DNA of 64,000 nucleotides from Escherichia coli (GTDB lineage Bacteria; Pseudomonadota; Gammaproteobacteria; Enterobacterales; Enterobacteriaceae): NCBI RefSeq assembly GCF_016903815.1, contig NZ_CP069973.1; one strand, 5' to 3'. Shown piece by piece: positions 11,422 to 20,686 of this stretch (position 1 is its first letter; each line of letters starts with the position of its first letter). The notes under the pieces were generated by a model. It saw only the letters and a program-made list of their open reading frames with translations, ran no database searches and was not told where the DNA came from. The position numbers and the translations under genes were made by a program.

Positions 11422-11778
11422 ATGAGTATTGGATCAGAAATGAATAACGATGTTGGAGAAAAAGTATCTGATCTCACAAAAAGTAAAAAATGTGACATCA
11501 AACTTGCAGCCGCACCGTCGGATTTGCTCTCGAAAGAGGGTTTTGCTCTTTACATCGGTAAGACGCCTCGTGCTGTTGCTGAAATGGCGAAAGCAGGCAA
11601 GTTACCAGCCTTTTATATGACGGACCCATTAAAGCCGGGCGGTCATGCTGAGTTATGGATTAATCGTCGTGAGTGGGACAAGTACGCAGCCCAGCTAGTT
11701 GATGAAGCTCCGACAGAATGGCATGACTGGAAAAATCGCATTAGTTACAGCAAATCAAGACATGGCCGTGCGGCTTAA
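11422..11778 (+). CDS. Cox/Apl-like early regulator / excisionase (putative)
   Basis: First gene of the early operon, divergent from the repressor; HTH-like segment (ALYIGKTPRAVAEMAKAGKLPA); start uncertain. Confidence 0.4.
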   Translation: MSIGSEMNNDVGEKVSDLTKSKKCDIKLAAAPSDLLSKEGFALYIGKTPRAVAEMAKAGKLPAFYMTDPLKPGGHAELWINRREWDKYAAQLVDEAPTEWHDWKNRISYSKSRHGRAA

Positions 11779-11955
11779 GGTGGAAAGGATGAACGAGCCT
11801 CGTTGTATTGCTCAGTTATTGCGTAACGAAAGCCCCAGGGCGATTGACTTCACCATCACGCACGGGAAGGGGCGCAAGGGAATCATTATCCGTACCAAAA
11901 AACAGAGTCCGTTAAAAAAGGCTCTGACCTTTCTGAAAAGCCGGAGGGTCTGGAA

Positions 11956-12456
11956 ATGACAGTGATGACGCTTAATCTCGTCGAAAAACAGCCAGCAGCT
12001 ATGCGCCGGATAATTGGTAAGCATCTTGCCGTCCCTCGCTGGCAGGAGACATGCGATTATTATAATCAGATGATGGAACGCGAACGGCTAACGGTTTGCT
12101 TCCATGCGCAGTTAAAACAGCGTCACGCAACGATGCGTTTTGAAGAAATGAATGATGTCGAACGTGAACGACTGGTATGTGCAATTGATGAATTGCGTGG
12201 GGCATTCTCAAAACGCCGTCAGGTTGGCGCAAGTGAGTATGCATATATTAGTTTTTTAACAGTCAGTCAGCGTCGTACTTTATTTATGCATGCCGGATTG
12301 ACTGAAAAAGAATTCAACCAGCCATACTGGCGAATTAATGAAGAATCATGTTACTGGCGTGATGCTTTATTCCGTGCATTACGTGAATTATTCAGCCTGT
12401 TTGAGTATGCACCGACAATTCTGACGTCGGTAAAACCAGAGCAATATCTGCATTAA
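11956..12456 (+). CDS. P2 gpB-like replication protein
   Basis: 166 aa, same size and position as P2 B (between cox region and A). Confidence 0.55.
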   Translation: MTVMTLNLVEKQPAAMRRIIGKHLAVPRWQETCDYYNQMMERERLTVCFHAQLKQRHATMRFEEMNDVERERLVCAIDELRGAFSKRRQVGASEYAYISFLTVSQRRTLFMHAGLTEKEFNQPYWRINEESCYWRDALFRALRELFSLFEYAPTILTSVKPEQYLH

Positions 12457-12520
12457 GTAATTAACCAGAGTTTTTAACGCACTTAATTGTGCGGGGGCTT
12501 CTTTTTGCCTGGAGAAAGTC

Positions 12521-12745
12521 ATGCATACAGTTTCTGAAAATCAGTGCGGTAAATACGCATTACTGCTGCAACAGGCCAGAACCGAAGCACAGGCCGACGC
12601 AGCGACGCGCTTTTCTTCTCATCTTGACGCCATGATTCGCCACATCACAAAGGCGGAGTTATCCCGCGTGGAGATAGTCGAGCTGCTCAGTCAGGAGTCG
12701 GAAAAATTTCACAATATCGGATTGTCTCGCGGGGAGGTGCTTTGA
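12521..12745 (+). CDS. hypothetical early-region protein
   Basis: 74-aa ORF in operon context with 4-nt stop/start overlaps to neighbours. Confidence 0.4.
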   Translation: MHTVSENQCGKYALLLQQARTEAQADAATRFSSHLDAMIRHITKAELSRVEIVELLSQESEKFHNIGLSRGEVL

Positions 12746-13047
12746 TGTCCTGTTCTCGTTCAGTTGTATTACTGAATAACGCCTTAAAAATCGCCGTTAT
12801 GAAAAATGGCGATTTATCTCTTATTCAACTTGGTCTTGATAAAGAAAAACGCGAAATAACTGAGTCTGTTATCGCGATTTATCAGAACGAATTAAATCTC
12901 CTGTCTGATGTGGTCAATTTACTTGTTAAACGCGCTGTATTTCACAAGCAAATCTCCTCCGTGGATGAACTGACGAAATTAACGACAGAAATTGCCAGCT
13001 ATTGCGCTGATGAATTTAAAAAACTTAACGACAAAAGGAGCTGGTAA
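12742..13047 (+). CDS. hypothetical early-region protein
   Basis: 101-aa ORF, translationally coupled to neighbours. Confidence 0.4.
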   Translation: MMSCSRSVVLLNNALKIAVMKNGDLSLIQLGLDKEKREITESVIAIYQNELNLLSDVVNLLVKRAVFHKQISSVDELTKLTTEIASYCADEFKKLNDKRSW

Positions 13048-13271
13048 TGCCGGACAACGTAGATTTTATTCAGAAACAACAGGCTGAATTACTGGAGCGC
13101 CAGATTAACGCGGCAAGGGTAAAGCATTGCGGTGTTTCTGCGCTGGTTTGCGAAGAGTGTGACGCGCCAATACCTGCTGCCCGTCGTGCGGCTTATCCGT
13201 CAGCCACGCGTTGTGTTTCCTGCCAGTCAGTCTTTGAAGCAAAAAACAAACATTACCGGAGAACGTCATGA
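13047..13271 (+). CDS. TraR/DksA-type C4 zinc-finger protein
   Basis: 74 aa with CxxC...CxxC (CEECDAP...CVSCQ), typical of P2 early-region zinc-finger proteins. Confidence 0.6.
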   Translation: MPDNVDFIQKQQAELLERQINAARVKHCGVSALVCEECDAPIPAARRAAYPSATRCVSCQSVFEAKNKHYRRTS

Positions 13272-13543
13272 GTATTCGTATTGAAATTGGCGAACGTTAT
13301 GTCGTTACCAGTGACAGCTTTCAGTTTATTCTCCACGAGAAAAAGAGAGCTGAAAGCGGTAAAAACGCCGGTCAGGAATGGCTGGCGGTGGTTGGTTATT
13401 ACCCGAAATTAAGCCAGCTTGTTTCCGGCCTGATGCATCACGATATTCTGACCGGAAGCGCAAAGTCTTTTGCTGATTTAAACGCGCAGGTTGAGCAACT
13501 CAGCAAGCGTTGTTCAGAGGCTTTTGGCTCATATGGCCGTTAA
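13268..13543 (+). CDS. hypothetical early-region protein
   Basis: 91-aa ORF overlapping the start of gene A. Confidence 0.35.
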   Translation: MSIRIEIGERYVVTSDSFQFILHEKKRAESGKNAGQEWLAVVGYYPKLSQLVSGLMHHDILTGSAKSFADLNAQVEQLSKRCSEAFGSYGR

Positions 13544-15821
13544 AGCCTCCGGGCGTTTTGTCCCTCCGTCAGCATTTGCCGCAGGCACCGGTGAGACGTT
13601 TACCGGTGCTTATGCATGGAACGCGCCACGCGAGGCCGTCGGGCGCGAAAGACCCCTTACACGTGACGAGATGCGTCAGGTGCAAGGTGTTTTATCCACG
13701 ATTAATCGCCTGCCTTACTTTTTGCGCTCGCTGTTTACTTCACGCTATGACTACATCCGGCGCAATAAAAGCCCGGTGCACGGGTTTTATTTCCTCACAT
13801 CCACTTTTCAGCGCCGTTTATGGCCGCGTATTGAGCGCGTGAATCAGCGCCATGAAATGAACACCGACGCGTCGTTGCTGTTTCTGGCAGAGCGTGACCA
13901 TTATGCGCGTCTGCCGGGGATGAATGACAAGGAGCTGAAAAAGTTTGCTGCCCGTATCTCATCGCAGCTTTTCATGATGTATGAGGAACTCAGCGATGCC
14001 TGGGTGGATGCGCATGGCGAAAAAGAATCGCTGTTTACGGATGAGGCGCAGGCTCACCTCTATGGTCATGTTGCTGGCGCTGCACGTGCTTTCAATATTT
14101 CCCCGCTCTACTGGAAAAAATACCGTAAAGGACAGATGACCACGAGGCAGGCATTTTCTGCTATTGCCCGCCTGTTTAACGATGAGTGGTGGATTAGCCA
14201 GCTTAAAGGCCAGCGTATGCGCTGGCATGAGGCGTTACTGATTGCTGTCGGGGAGGTCAATAAAGACCGTTCTCCTTATGCCAGTAAACATGCCATTCGT
14301 GATGTGCGTGCGCGCCGCCAGGCAAATCTGGAATTTCTTAAATCGTGTGACCTTGAAAACAGGGAAACCGGCGAGCGCATCGACCTTATCAGTAAGGTGA
14401 TGGGCAGTATTTCTAATCCTGAAATTCGCCGGATGGAGCTGATGAACACCATTGCCGGTATTGAGCGTTACGCCGCCGCAGAGGGTGATGTGGGGATGTT
14501 TATCACGCTGACCGCGCCGTCAAAGTATCACCCGACTCGTCAGGTCAGAAAAGGCGAAAGTAAAACCGTTCAGCTTAATCACGGCTGGAACGATGAGGCA
14601 TTTAATCCAAAGGATGCGCAGCGTTATCTCTGCCGCATCTGGAGCCTGATGCGCACGGCATTCAAGGATAATGATTTACAGGTCTACGGTTTGCGTGTCG
14701 TCGAGCCACACCACGACGGAACGCCGCACTGGCATATGATGCTTTTTTGTAATCCACGCCAGCGTAACCAGATTATCGAAATCATGCGTCGCTATGCGCT
14801 CAAAGAGGATGGTGACGAAAGAGGAGCCGCGCGAAACCGTTTTCAGGCAAAGCACCTTAACCGGGGCGGTGCTGCGGGATATATCGCGAAATACATTTCA
14901 AAAAATATCGACGGCTATGCACTGGATGGTCAGCTCGATAACGATACCGGTAAGCCGCTTAAAGATACTGCCGCGGCTGTTACCGCATGGGCGTCAACGT
15001 GGCGCATCCCGCAATTTAAAACGGTTGGACTGCCGACAATGGGGGCTTACCGTGAACTACGCAAATTGCCTCGCGGCGTCAGTATTGCTGATGAGTTTGA
15101 CGAACGCGTCGAGGCTGCTCGCGCTGCCGCAGACAGTGGTGATTTTGCGTTGTATATCAGCGCGCAGGGTGGGGCAAATGTCCCGCGCGATTGTCAGACT
15201 GTCAGGGTTGCCCGTAGCCCGTCGGATGACGTTAACGAGTACGAGGAAGAAGTCGAGAGAGTGGTCGGCATTTACGCGCCGCATCTCGGCGCGCGTCATA
15301 TTCATATCACCAGAACGACGGACTGGCGCATTGTGCCGAAAGTTCCGGTCGTTGAGCCTTTGACTTTAAAAAGCGGCATCGCCGCGCCTCGGAGTCCTGT
15401 CAATAACTGTGGAAAACTCACCGATGGTGATACTTCGTTACCGGCTCCCACACCTTCTGAGCACGCCGCAGCAGTGCTTAATCTGGTTGATGACGGTGTT
15501 ATCGAATGGAGTGACCCGGAGGTCGTGAGGGCGCTCAGAGGTGCATTAAAACACGGTCGGAGAACGCCAAATCGTCAGCAAAGAAACGGAAGCCCGTTAA
15601 AACCACATGAAATTGCACCATCGGCCAGACTGGCCCGGTCGGAAAGAATGCAAATTACCCGTATCCGCGTTGACCTTGCTCAGAACGGTATCAAGCCGCA
15701 GCGATGGGAGCTTGAGGCGCTGGCGCGTGGCGCGACCGTAAATTATGACGGGAAAAAATTCACGTATCCGGTCGCTGATGAGTGGTTCGGATTTCAAGAT
15801 GAAGTGTCATTTTTTATATAA
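13533..15821 (+). CDS. P2 gpA-like rolling-circle replication initiation endonuclease
   Basis: About 762 aa; HUH-type motif (GTPHWHMML) and tyrosine-rich active-site region (GAAGYIAKYISKN); size and position match P2 A. Confidence 0.8.
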   Translation: MAVKASGRFVPPSAFAAGTGETFTGAYAWNAPREAVGRERPLTRDEMRQVQGVLSTINRLPYFLRSLFTSRYDYIRRNKSPVHGFYFLTSTFQRRLWPRIERVNQRHEMNTDASLLFLAERDHYARLPGMNDKELKKFAARISSQLFMMYEELSDAWVDAHGEKESLFTDEAQAHLYGHVAGAARAFNISPLYWKKYRKGQMTTRQAFSAIARLFNDEWWISQLKGQRMRWHEALLIAVGEVNKDRSPYASKHAIRDVRARRQANLEFLKSCDLENRETGERIDLISKVMGSISNPEIRRMELMNTIAGIERYAAAEGDVGMFITLTAPSKYHPTRQVRKGESKTVQLNHGWNDEAFNPKDAQRYLCRIWSLMRTAFKDNDLQVYGLRVVEPHHDGTPHWHMMLFCNPRQRNQIIEIMRRYALKEDGDERGAARNRFQAKHLNRGGAAGYIAKYISKNIDGYALDGQLDNDTGKPLKDTAAAVTAWASTWRIPQFKTVGLPTMGAYRELRKLPRGVSIADEFDERVEAARAAADSGDFALYISAQGGANVPRDCQTVRVARSPSDDVNEYEEEVERVVGIYAPHLGARHIHITRTTDWRIVPKVPVVEPLTLKSGIAAPRSPVNNCGKLTDGDTSLPAPTPSEHAAAVLNLVDDGVIEWSDPEVVRALRGALKHGRRTPNRQQRNGSPLKPHEIAPSARLARSERMQITRIRVDLAQNGIKPQRWELEALARGATVNYDGKKFTYPVADEWFGFQDEVSFFI

Positions 15822-16039
15822 AAAACGTTAAAATTCAATGCAATGAAGGCATGGAGGAGGTCGCTTTAATATGTTTTATGTTTAATATTTATTAATTGTT
15901 TATTTAATATAAAAAAATATTATATATAGGGAGATCAAATACAACGGTTTACTTGTTATGATGCAAACATTGGTTAGTTAGTGAGATACATCGCCATCAA
16001 TTGGGTAACTTTACCCGTGGAAAGTTAACGCTTTCTAAC

Positions 16040-16235
16040 ATTTACCCCGCGCAACGCCCCTGCCAGCGACAAGAGTCACAGGATCAGGCGGTATGGCGTA
16101 TGGGTATTCGAACCCTTTGGGCGACCAAGGGTTCGTGGAGCAGGGGGCTAGTGCTGTTCAATCTCATCCTTATGAGGGCGAACCATAGTGTTGGAGCAGG
16201 CATATCGTTTGCACACTATGGGCATAAGGAGCAAA
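16040..16235 (+). ncRNA. candidate structured non-coding leader (possible retron msr/msd-like RNA); boundaries not resolved
   Basis: GC-rich, stop-rich stretch between A and the cargo genes with a 9-bp perfect stem (CGAACCCTT / AAGGGTTCG, 16109-16135) and imperfect ~33-nt direct repeats (each containing TGGAGCAGG) about 56 nt apart. Confidence 0.3.
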
Positions 16236-16238
16236 TCA

Positions 16239-16393
16239 TGAAGAATGATAAATTAACCAACGAACAGCAGGCGCAGAACAAGTCAAACCTGAAAAAGTGG
16301 GCTGGTTATGTTTGGAAATTAATCAAATGGGGTATTAGACTGTTTGATTTAGCCACTCGAGCACTGGACTACTTTGAAGGGGGTGATGAGTAA
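16239..16393 (+). CDS. small hypothetical protein (51 aa)
   Basis: Strong SD (AAGGAG) 7 nt upstream of ATG; amphipathic Lys/Trp-rich peptide; AT-rich cargo. Confidence 0.35.
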
Positions 16394-16417
16394 TGCGTCC
16401 TCCCTAGTTTCAATAGC

Positions 16418-16750
16418 ATGGAGTTGCCTATGTTACACAGAGCCCTTCGTTTAATAAGGCAATACCATAAAGAGTCATTGGTTGATTTATCAACATCTTT
16501 AGGTATTCCAAAAGAAAAAATAGTAGAACTCGAAAGTGGGGTTTGGTCGCCTACAATTGATGTTTTACAGCGTTACGCCTCCCATTTCGATATGCCGGTA
16601 TCTTCTTTAGTATTTTTTTCAGAATCGTTAGGTACGCAGGGGCGTTTATCTAAGCGTTTCCGTTTAAATTTAGCTGGTAAAGTATTAGATGTTATTGAGT
16701 GGGCGAATAAGAAAAATGAAAAGACGAATAAAACTCAAAATTTCCACTAA
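16418..16750 (+). CDS. XRE-family helix-turn-helix protein (start may be 16430)
   Basis: HTH segment (SLVDLSTSLGIPKEKIVELESG); directly upstream of and overlapping the RT gene. Confidence 0.6.
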   Translation: MELPMLHRALRLIRQYHKESLVDLSTSLGIPKEKIVELESGVWSPTIDVLQRYASHFDMPVSSLVFFSESLGTQGRLSKRFRLNLAGKVLDVIEWANKKNEKTNKTQNFH

Positions 16751-17666
16751 AAATAAATCTTACGATATAATTGATTCGCCGTTTTATAAAATGAGAAGTA
16801 AAAGGAAATTGGCTTCTTTATTGGGGGTTGATGTAGGGGATTTATCAACCTTAAAAAAAGATGAAGGCAATTATTCTATTTTTGAACAGTTATCTAAAAA
16901 CGGAAAGCCACGTAAGATACAAAAACCATTAGAAAAATTAGATGTGGTGCATACTCGTATTGCAAGTCTGCTATCGCGAATTACTTTGCCAGATTATCTA
17001 CATTCTGGAAAGAAGGGATGTTCTAATGTTACTAATGCTAAAATCCACCTTAATAATGAAAGGTTGATGACAACCGACATCAGGGCTTTTTTTCCATCAA
17101 CTACCAGAGAAATGATATTTTCATTCTTTTTTTCTGTTATGAAGATGTCATCTGATGTTGCGGATGTATTATCGTATATATGTACTTGCTATGGGCGTTT
17201 GCCTACAGGTAGCAGGATTAGTATGCCTCTTGCATATTTTGCAAATTCCAGAATGTTCGGAGAAATACACCAACTTTGTAATAAACTACACGTAAATATG
17301 TCTGTTTATGTTGATGATCTAACTTTTTCAGGACAAAACGTTAATAGACTATTTTGTTCAGTGATTCGCAAAATAATAAATAAGCATGGTCATGTGATGC
17401 ATGCGGATAAAACAAAAATTTATAGTAGAGAAAAGCCTAAGTTGGTAACAGGTGTTATTGTTTTGGGCGGTTCTTTAAAAGTCAGGAATAAGCAGCATCT
17501 TTTAATGTCTCAAGAAATTGAATATTGGAAAATGATAAAGGATGCAGCGTGTGCAAGAGAAACTCATACTGCCAAAAAGTTATTTGGACGATTGCATTCT
17601 ATGGGGGTAATTGAACAACGTTATAGATCAAAGGTGCTTACATTAAAAGCAAGTACTGCACTTTAA
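16716..17666 (+). CDS. retron-type reverse transcriptase (start could be 16689)
   Basis: RT motifs TDIRAFFPS (motif 2-like), RLPTGSRISMPLAYF, YVDD (SVYVDDLTFSG), ADKTKI, and the retron-associated VTG triplet (KLVTGVIV); about 317-325 aa. Confidence 0.75.
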   Translation: MKRRIKLKISTKNKSYDIIDSPFYKMRSKRKLASLLGVDVGDLSTLKKDEGNYSIFEQLSKNGKPRKIQKPLEKLDVVHTRIASLLSRITLPDYLHSGKKGCSNVTNAKIHLNNERLMTTDIRAFFPSTTREMIFSFFFSVMKMSSDVADVLSYICTCYGRLPTGSRISMPLAYFANSRMFGEIHQLCNKLHVNMSVYVDDLTFSGQNVNRLFCSVIRKIINKHGHVMHADKTKIYSREKPKLVTGVIVLGGSLKVRNKQHLLMSQEIEYWKMIKDAACARETHTAKKLFGRLHSMGVIEQRYRSKVLTLKASTAL

Positions 17667-17774
17667 TACAGGTTTCTGTAAGTGATTATATTGTTCTTAA
17701 GATACTTACTGATGTTATTTCCCCGTAGCCTTAATTTCTGCGGGGAAGTATGGAGATATTTTGGTTATGGAATG

Positions 17775-19139
17775 CTAATTTTTTAATGTGTATTTTTCTG
17801 TGATTAGTTTCATTGTTCTTTCCAATCCTAAATATACAGTGGCATCAGTAATATTGAGCACGGCAAGTTCTTTTAAAATTTTCTTTTTGTCTCTGATGTT
17901 TATTTTTTCTGTCTTAAAATTGTATGGTGAATTATCTGCCTGATCGTTGGATATCTCAGGAAAAACGGCGTTATTACCGAATAATAAAAAGGCACCGGAT
18001 TGAGATGATATTCTTTCATTATTTATTCTGCTTTTTACAAAAATTATTTTTTCCAAATCCTCTGGATTTATTATGCTTTTAAAATATGGTTTTTCATGCT
18101 TTATGGATTCTAAGAGTTTAAGGCAAGCATGAGAGCTGTTAAAATCATTATTTCTTTCTTCGAAAGAAAGCTTGTCTTTCATGTCTTTTGATAGCATGCA
18201 TAAATTAGATATGCAACTGACAGTGTCGGAATCGAAAAATTTAATGTTCTCTCTGTGTGTTTTAAATATTATTACTTGACCATCGATATCGTTTTTGTCG
18301 GAATTTATACTACTGCATGCAAAATAAAGTGCAATTAATGGATTTGATGTGATGTCAAGTAAGCGAGTAGGTATGCCATAATGTTGCATTCTTACAAGTT
18401 TATCAAGCATTGATGTATCATCAATGAATTCTGAGGGTCTTGCGCTCAATGCTTCTTTAACAAGGTTGATTTCATTATGTAGAAATTTATAGTTCCCATT
18501 TTCATATTTTCTGAAAAGAGATGGTGCAAGTTCATAAGATGAATCTGAATGACCCCTGTAAAAAATCTCCTCATCCATATCTGCTGTTATATGGAGAACT
18601 TTTTCAATAAATTCTTGTAAACTATTTACGGTTAATAATGTGCTATCTTCGTCTGGGAGAGGCGCTGGACTGCTATCCACTTGTGCATTTTGGTTAATAC
18701 CAAATGTCTTAAGGATATCATCTATATTTTTGTCTTTTATGGCCCAGTGTGTTCTTTTAAGGCCATAAGTTCCGAGTTCTAAACTGCTTTCAACACTTTT
18801 GGCGTCTGATATTTTGATTTCATTGTGTGTATGGGTGATTGCAAATTGGAAGTTGATTTCTTTTCCCTTAATGTGAATATTTGAAATTCTTCCAATTCGT
18901 ATGTCGACATAATAAGGTTTTGCTCCCTCTATTTGATAAGCTTCACTCATGAATATTGTTGGGAGTTTTTCAAGATAAGATAGTACATTACTGCTTAATG
19001 GGGATAGTTTTTTACGAATACCATCGGAGGTGTTTTCAAACATTCGTGATAAAAGAAATGAGAATTCTCCATTATTTTGGCTGAATGGTTTCCAGTGGTC
19101 GTAGTGGTCGGGAAAACCACCCATAATTAAATTAATCAT
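17775..19139 (-). CDS. FRG-domain protein with unassigned N-terminal domain
   Basis: 454 aa; FRG signature FYRGH...LAPSLFR...MQHYGIPTRLLDITSNPLIALYFA...SSQSGAFLLFG in the C-terminal two-thirds; very AT-rich; convergent with the RT gene. Confidence 0.6.
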   Translation of the reverse strand: MINLIMGGFPDHYDHWKPFSQNNGEFSFLLSRMFENTSDGIRKKLSPLSSNVLSYLEKLPTIFMSEAYQIEGAKPYYVDIRIGRISNIHIKGKEINFQFAITHTHNEIKISDAKSVESSLELGTYGLKRTHWAIKDKNIDDILKTFGINQNAQVDSSPAPLPDEDSTLLTVNSLQEFIEKVLHITADMDEEIFYRGHSDSSYELAPSLFRKYENGNYKFLHNEINLVKEALSARPSEFIDDTSMLDKLVRMQHYGIPTRLLDITSNPLIALYFACSSINSDKNDIDGQVIIFKTHRENIKFFDSDTVSCISNLCMLSKDMKDKLSFEERNNDFNSSHACLKLLESIKHEKPYFKSIINPEDLEKIIFVKSRINNERISSQSGAFLLFGNNAVFPEISNDQADNSPYNFKTEKINIRDKKKILKELAVLNITDATVYLGLERTMKLITEKYTLKN

Positions 19140-19463
19140 AATTACCTGTTCATCTGACGTAGGTGTAGGAATGCTTGTTGTTTGTTATGGTAATGTTAAC
19201 GCTTGTTGGTGGCAACTACTATTACTACTTGCTGTTAGAGCTAAGACATTTTTTGATTGCTTGTAATGATAGCGAGCCTTTAACTAACTGGGATTTTGAA
19301 AAAATAAATGAATTGTCAATTTCCTGAGATTTTTATTACTGCATTCATTAAGTGCATTTTTTTGCGTGTGTTAGTTGCCATGCTTTTCCATGTTTGTTAT
19401 CAGTGTTGATGCGGTTACTGTGTTTTAATGCAATTGCATTAAAAGCGCCCTATGAAGCGGGCG

Positions 19464-19482
19464 GGCGAGGCGGGGAAAGCAC
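19464..19482. other. cos site (19-nt cohesive end GGCGAGGCGGGGAAAGCAC)
   Basis: Matches the P2 cohesive-end sequence as I recall it, in the expected position next to portal gene Q. Confidence 0.5.
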
Positions 19483-19622
19483 TGCGCGCTGGCGGTGGTG
19501 CTGATTTTATTTTTTCAGCGTCTCAGCGCGTCGTGACGGCGCTTAGTCTGCCCGTTGAGGCGTTGGTGTGTCTGCGGGGGGTTTTGTGCGGTGGTGAGCG
19601 TGTGAGGGCGTGATGGCGGGTT

Positions 19623-19650
19623 GTAAAAAAGCCGCCCGCAGGCGGCGATG
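19623..19650 (-). terminator. terminator after Q
   Basis: Minus-strand hairpin GCCGCC-TGCG-GGCGGC followed by T-run. Confidence 0.55.
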
Positions 19651-19651
19651 T

Positions 19652-20686
19652 TCAGCCGTTGTCAGTGTCCAGTGAGTAGTTTTTAAAGCGGATGACCTCC
19701 TGACCGAGCCAGCCGTTTATTTCCCGAATCCTGTCCTGTAACGGGATAAGCTCATTGCGGACAAAGACCTTTGCCACTTTCTCAATATCACCCAACGACC
19801 CGACGTTCTCCGGCTTGCCGCCCATCAACTGAAAAGGGATGCGGTGCGCGTCCAGCAGGTCAGCGGCGCTGGCTTTTTTGATATTAAAAAAATCGTCCTT
19901 CGTTGCTACTTCACTGAGCGGGATAATTTTAATGCCGTCAGCTTTCCCCTGCGGGGCATAGAGAAACAGGTTTTTAAAGTTGTTGCGGCCTTTCGACTTC
20001 ACCATGTTTTCGCGAAGCATTTCGATATCGTTGCGATCCTGCACGGCATCAGTGACGTACATGATGTATCCGGCATGAGCGCCGTTTTCGTAATACTTGC
20101 GGCGGAACAGCGTGGCCGACTCATTCAGCCAGGCAGAGTTAAGGGCGCTGAGATATTCCGGCAGGCCGTACAGCTCCTGATTAATATCCGGCTCCAGCAG
20201 GTGAAACACGGAACCGGGCGCGAAGGCTGTCGGCTCGTTGAAGGACGGCACCCACCAGTAAACATCCTCCTCCACGCCACGGCGGGTATATTTTGCCGGT
20301 GAGATTTCCAGTCTGATGACCTTACCGGTGGTGCTGTAACGCTTTTCCAGAAATGCATTACCGAACACCAGAAAATCCAGCACAAAGCGGCTGAAATCCT
20401 GCTGGGAAAGCCACGGATGCGGGATAAATGTCGAGGCCAGAATATTACGTTTGACGTAAATCGGTGAGCTGTGATGCACGGCAGCACGCAGGCTTTTTGC
20501 CAGACCGGTAAAGCTGACCGGTGGCTCATACCATCTGCCGTTACTGATGCACTCAACGTAATCCAGAATGTCACGGCGGTCGAGTACCGGCACCGGCTCA
20601 CCAAAGGTGAATGCCTCCATTTTCGGGGCGCTGGCGGTCATTGTTTTTGCCGCAGGTTGCGGTGTTTTCCCTTTTTTCTTGCTCAT
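19652..20686 (-). CDS. portal protein (P2 gpQ-like)
   Basis: 344 aa, same size as P2 Q; adjacent to cos and to the terminase large subunit. Confidence 0.85.
   Translation of the reverse strand: MSKKKGKTPQPAAKTMTASAPKMEAFTFGEPVPVLDRRDILDYVECISNGRWYEPPVSFTGLAKSLRAAVHHSSPIYVKRNILASTFIPHPWLSQQDFSRFVLDFLVFGNAFLEKRYSTTGKVIRLEISPAKYTRRGVEEDVYWWVPSFNEPTAFAPGSVFHLLEPDINQELYGLPEYLSALNSAWLNESATLFRRKYYENGAHAGYIMYVTDAVQDRNDIEMLRENMVKSKGRNNFKNLFLYAPQGKADGIKIIPLSEVATKDDFFNIKKASAADLLDAHRIPFQLMGGKPENVGSLGDIEKVAKVFVRNELIPLQDRIREINGWLGQEVIRFKNYSLDTDNG

Noticed and set aside
16100-16140. tRNA T-loop-like motif (GGGTATTCGAACCC) suggesting a tRNA gene or fragment
   Set aside because: No acceptor stem, D-arm or anticodon arm can be built on either strand; it reads as a simple hairpin in the cargo leader.
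15822-19463. Expectation of P2 old (OLD ATPase-nuclease) or tin homologues in the A-Q hotspot
   Set aside because: None of the hotspot proteins has a Walker A P-loop or the size expected for Old; the slot is occupied instead by the HTH/RT and FRG genes.
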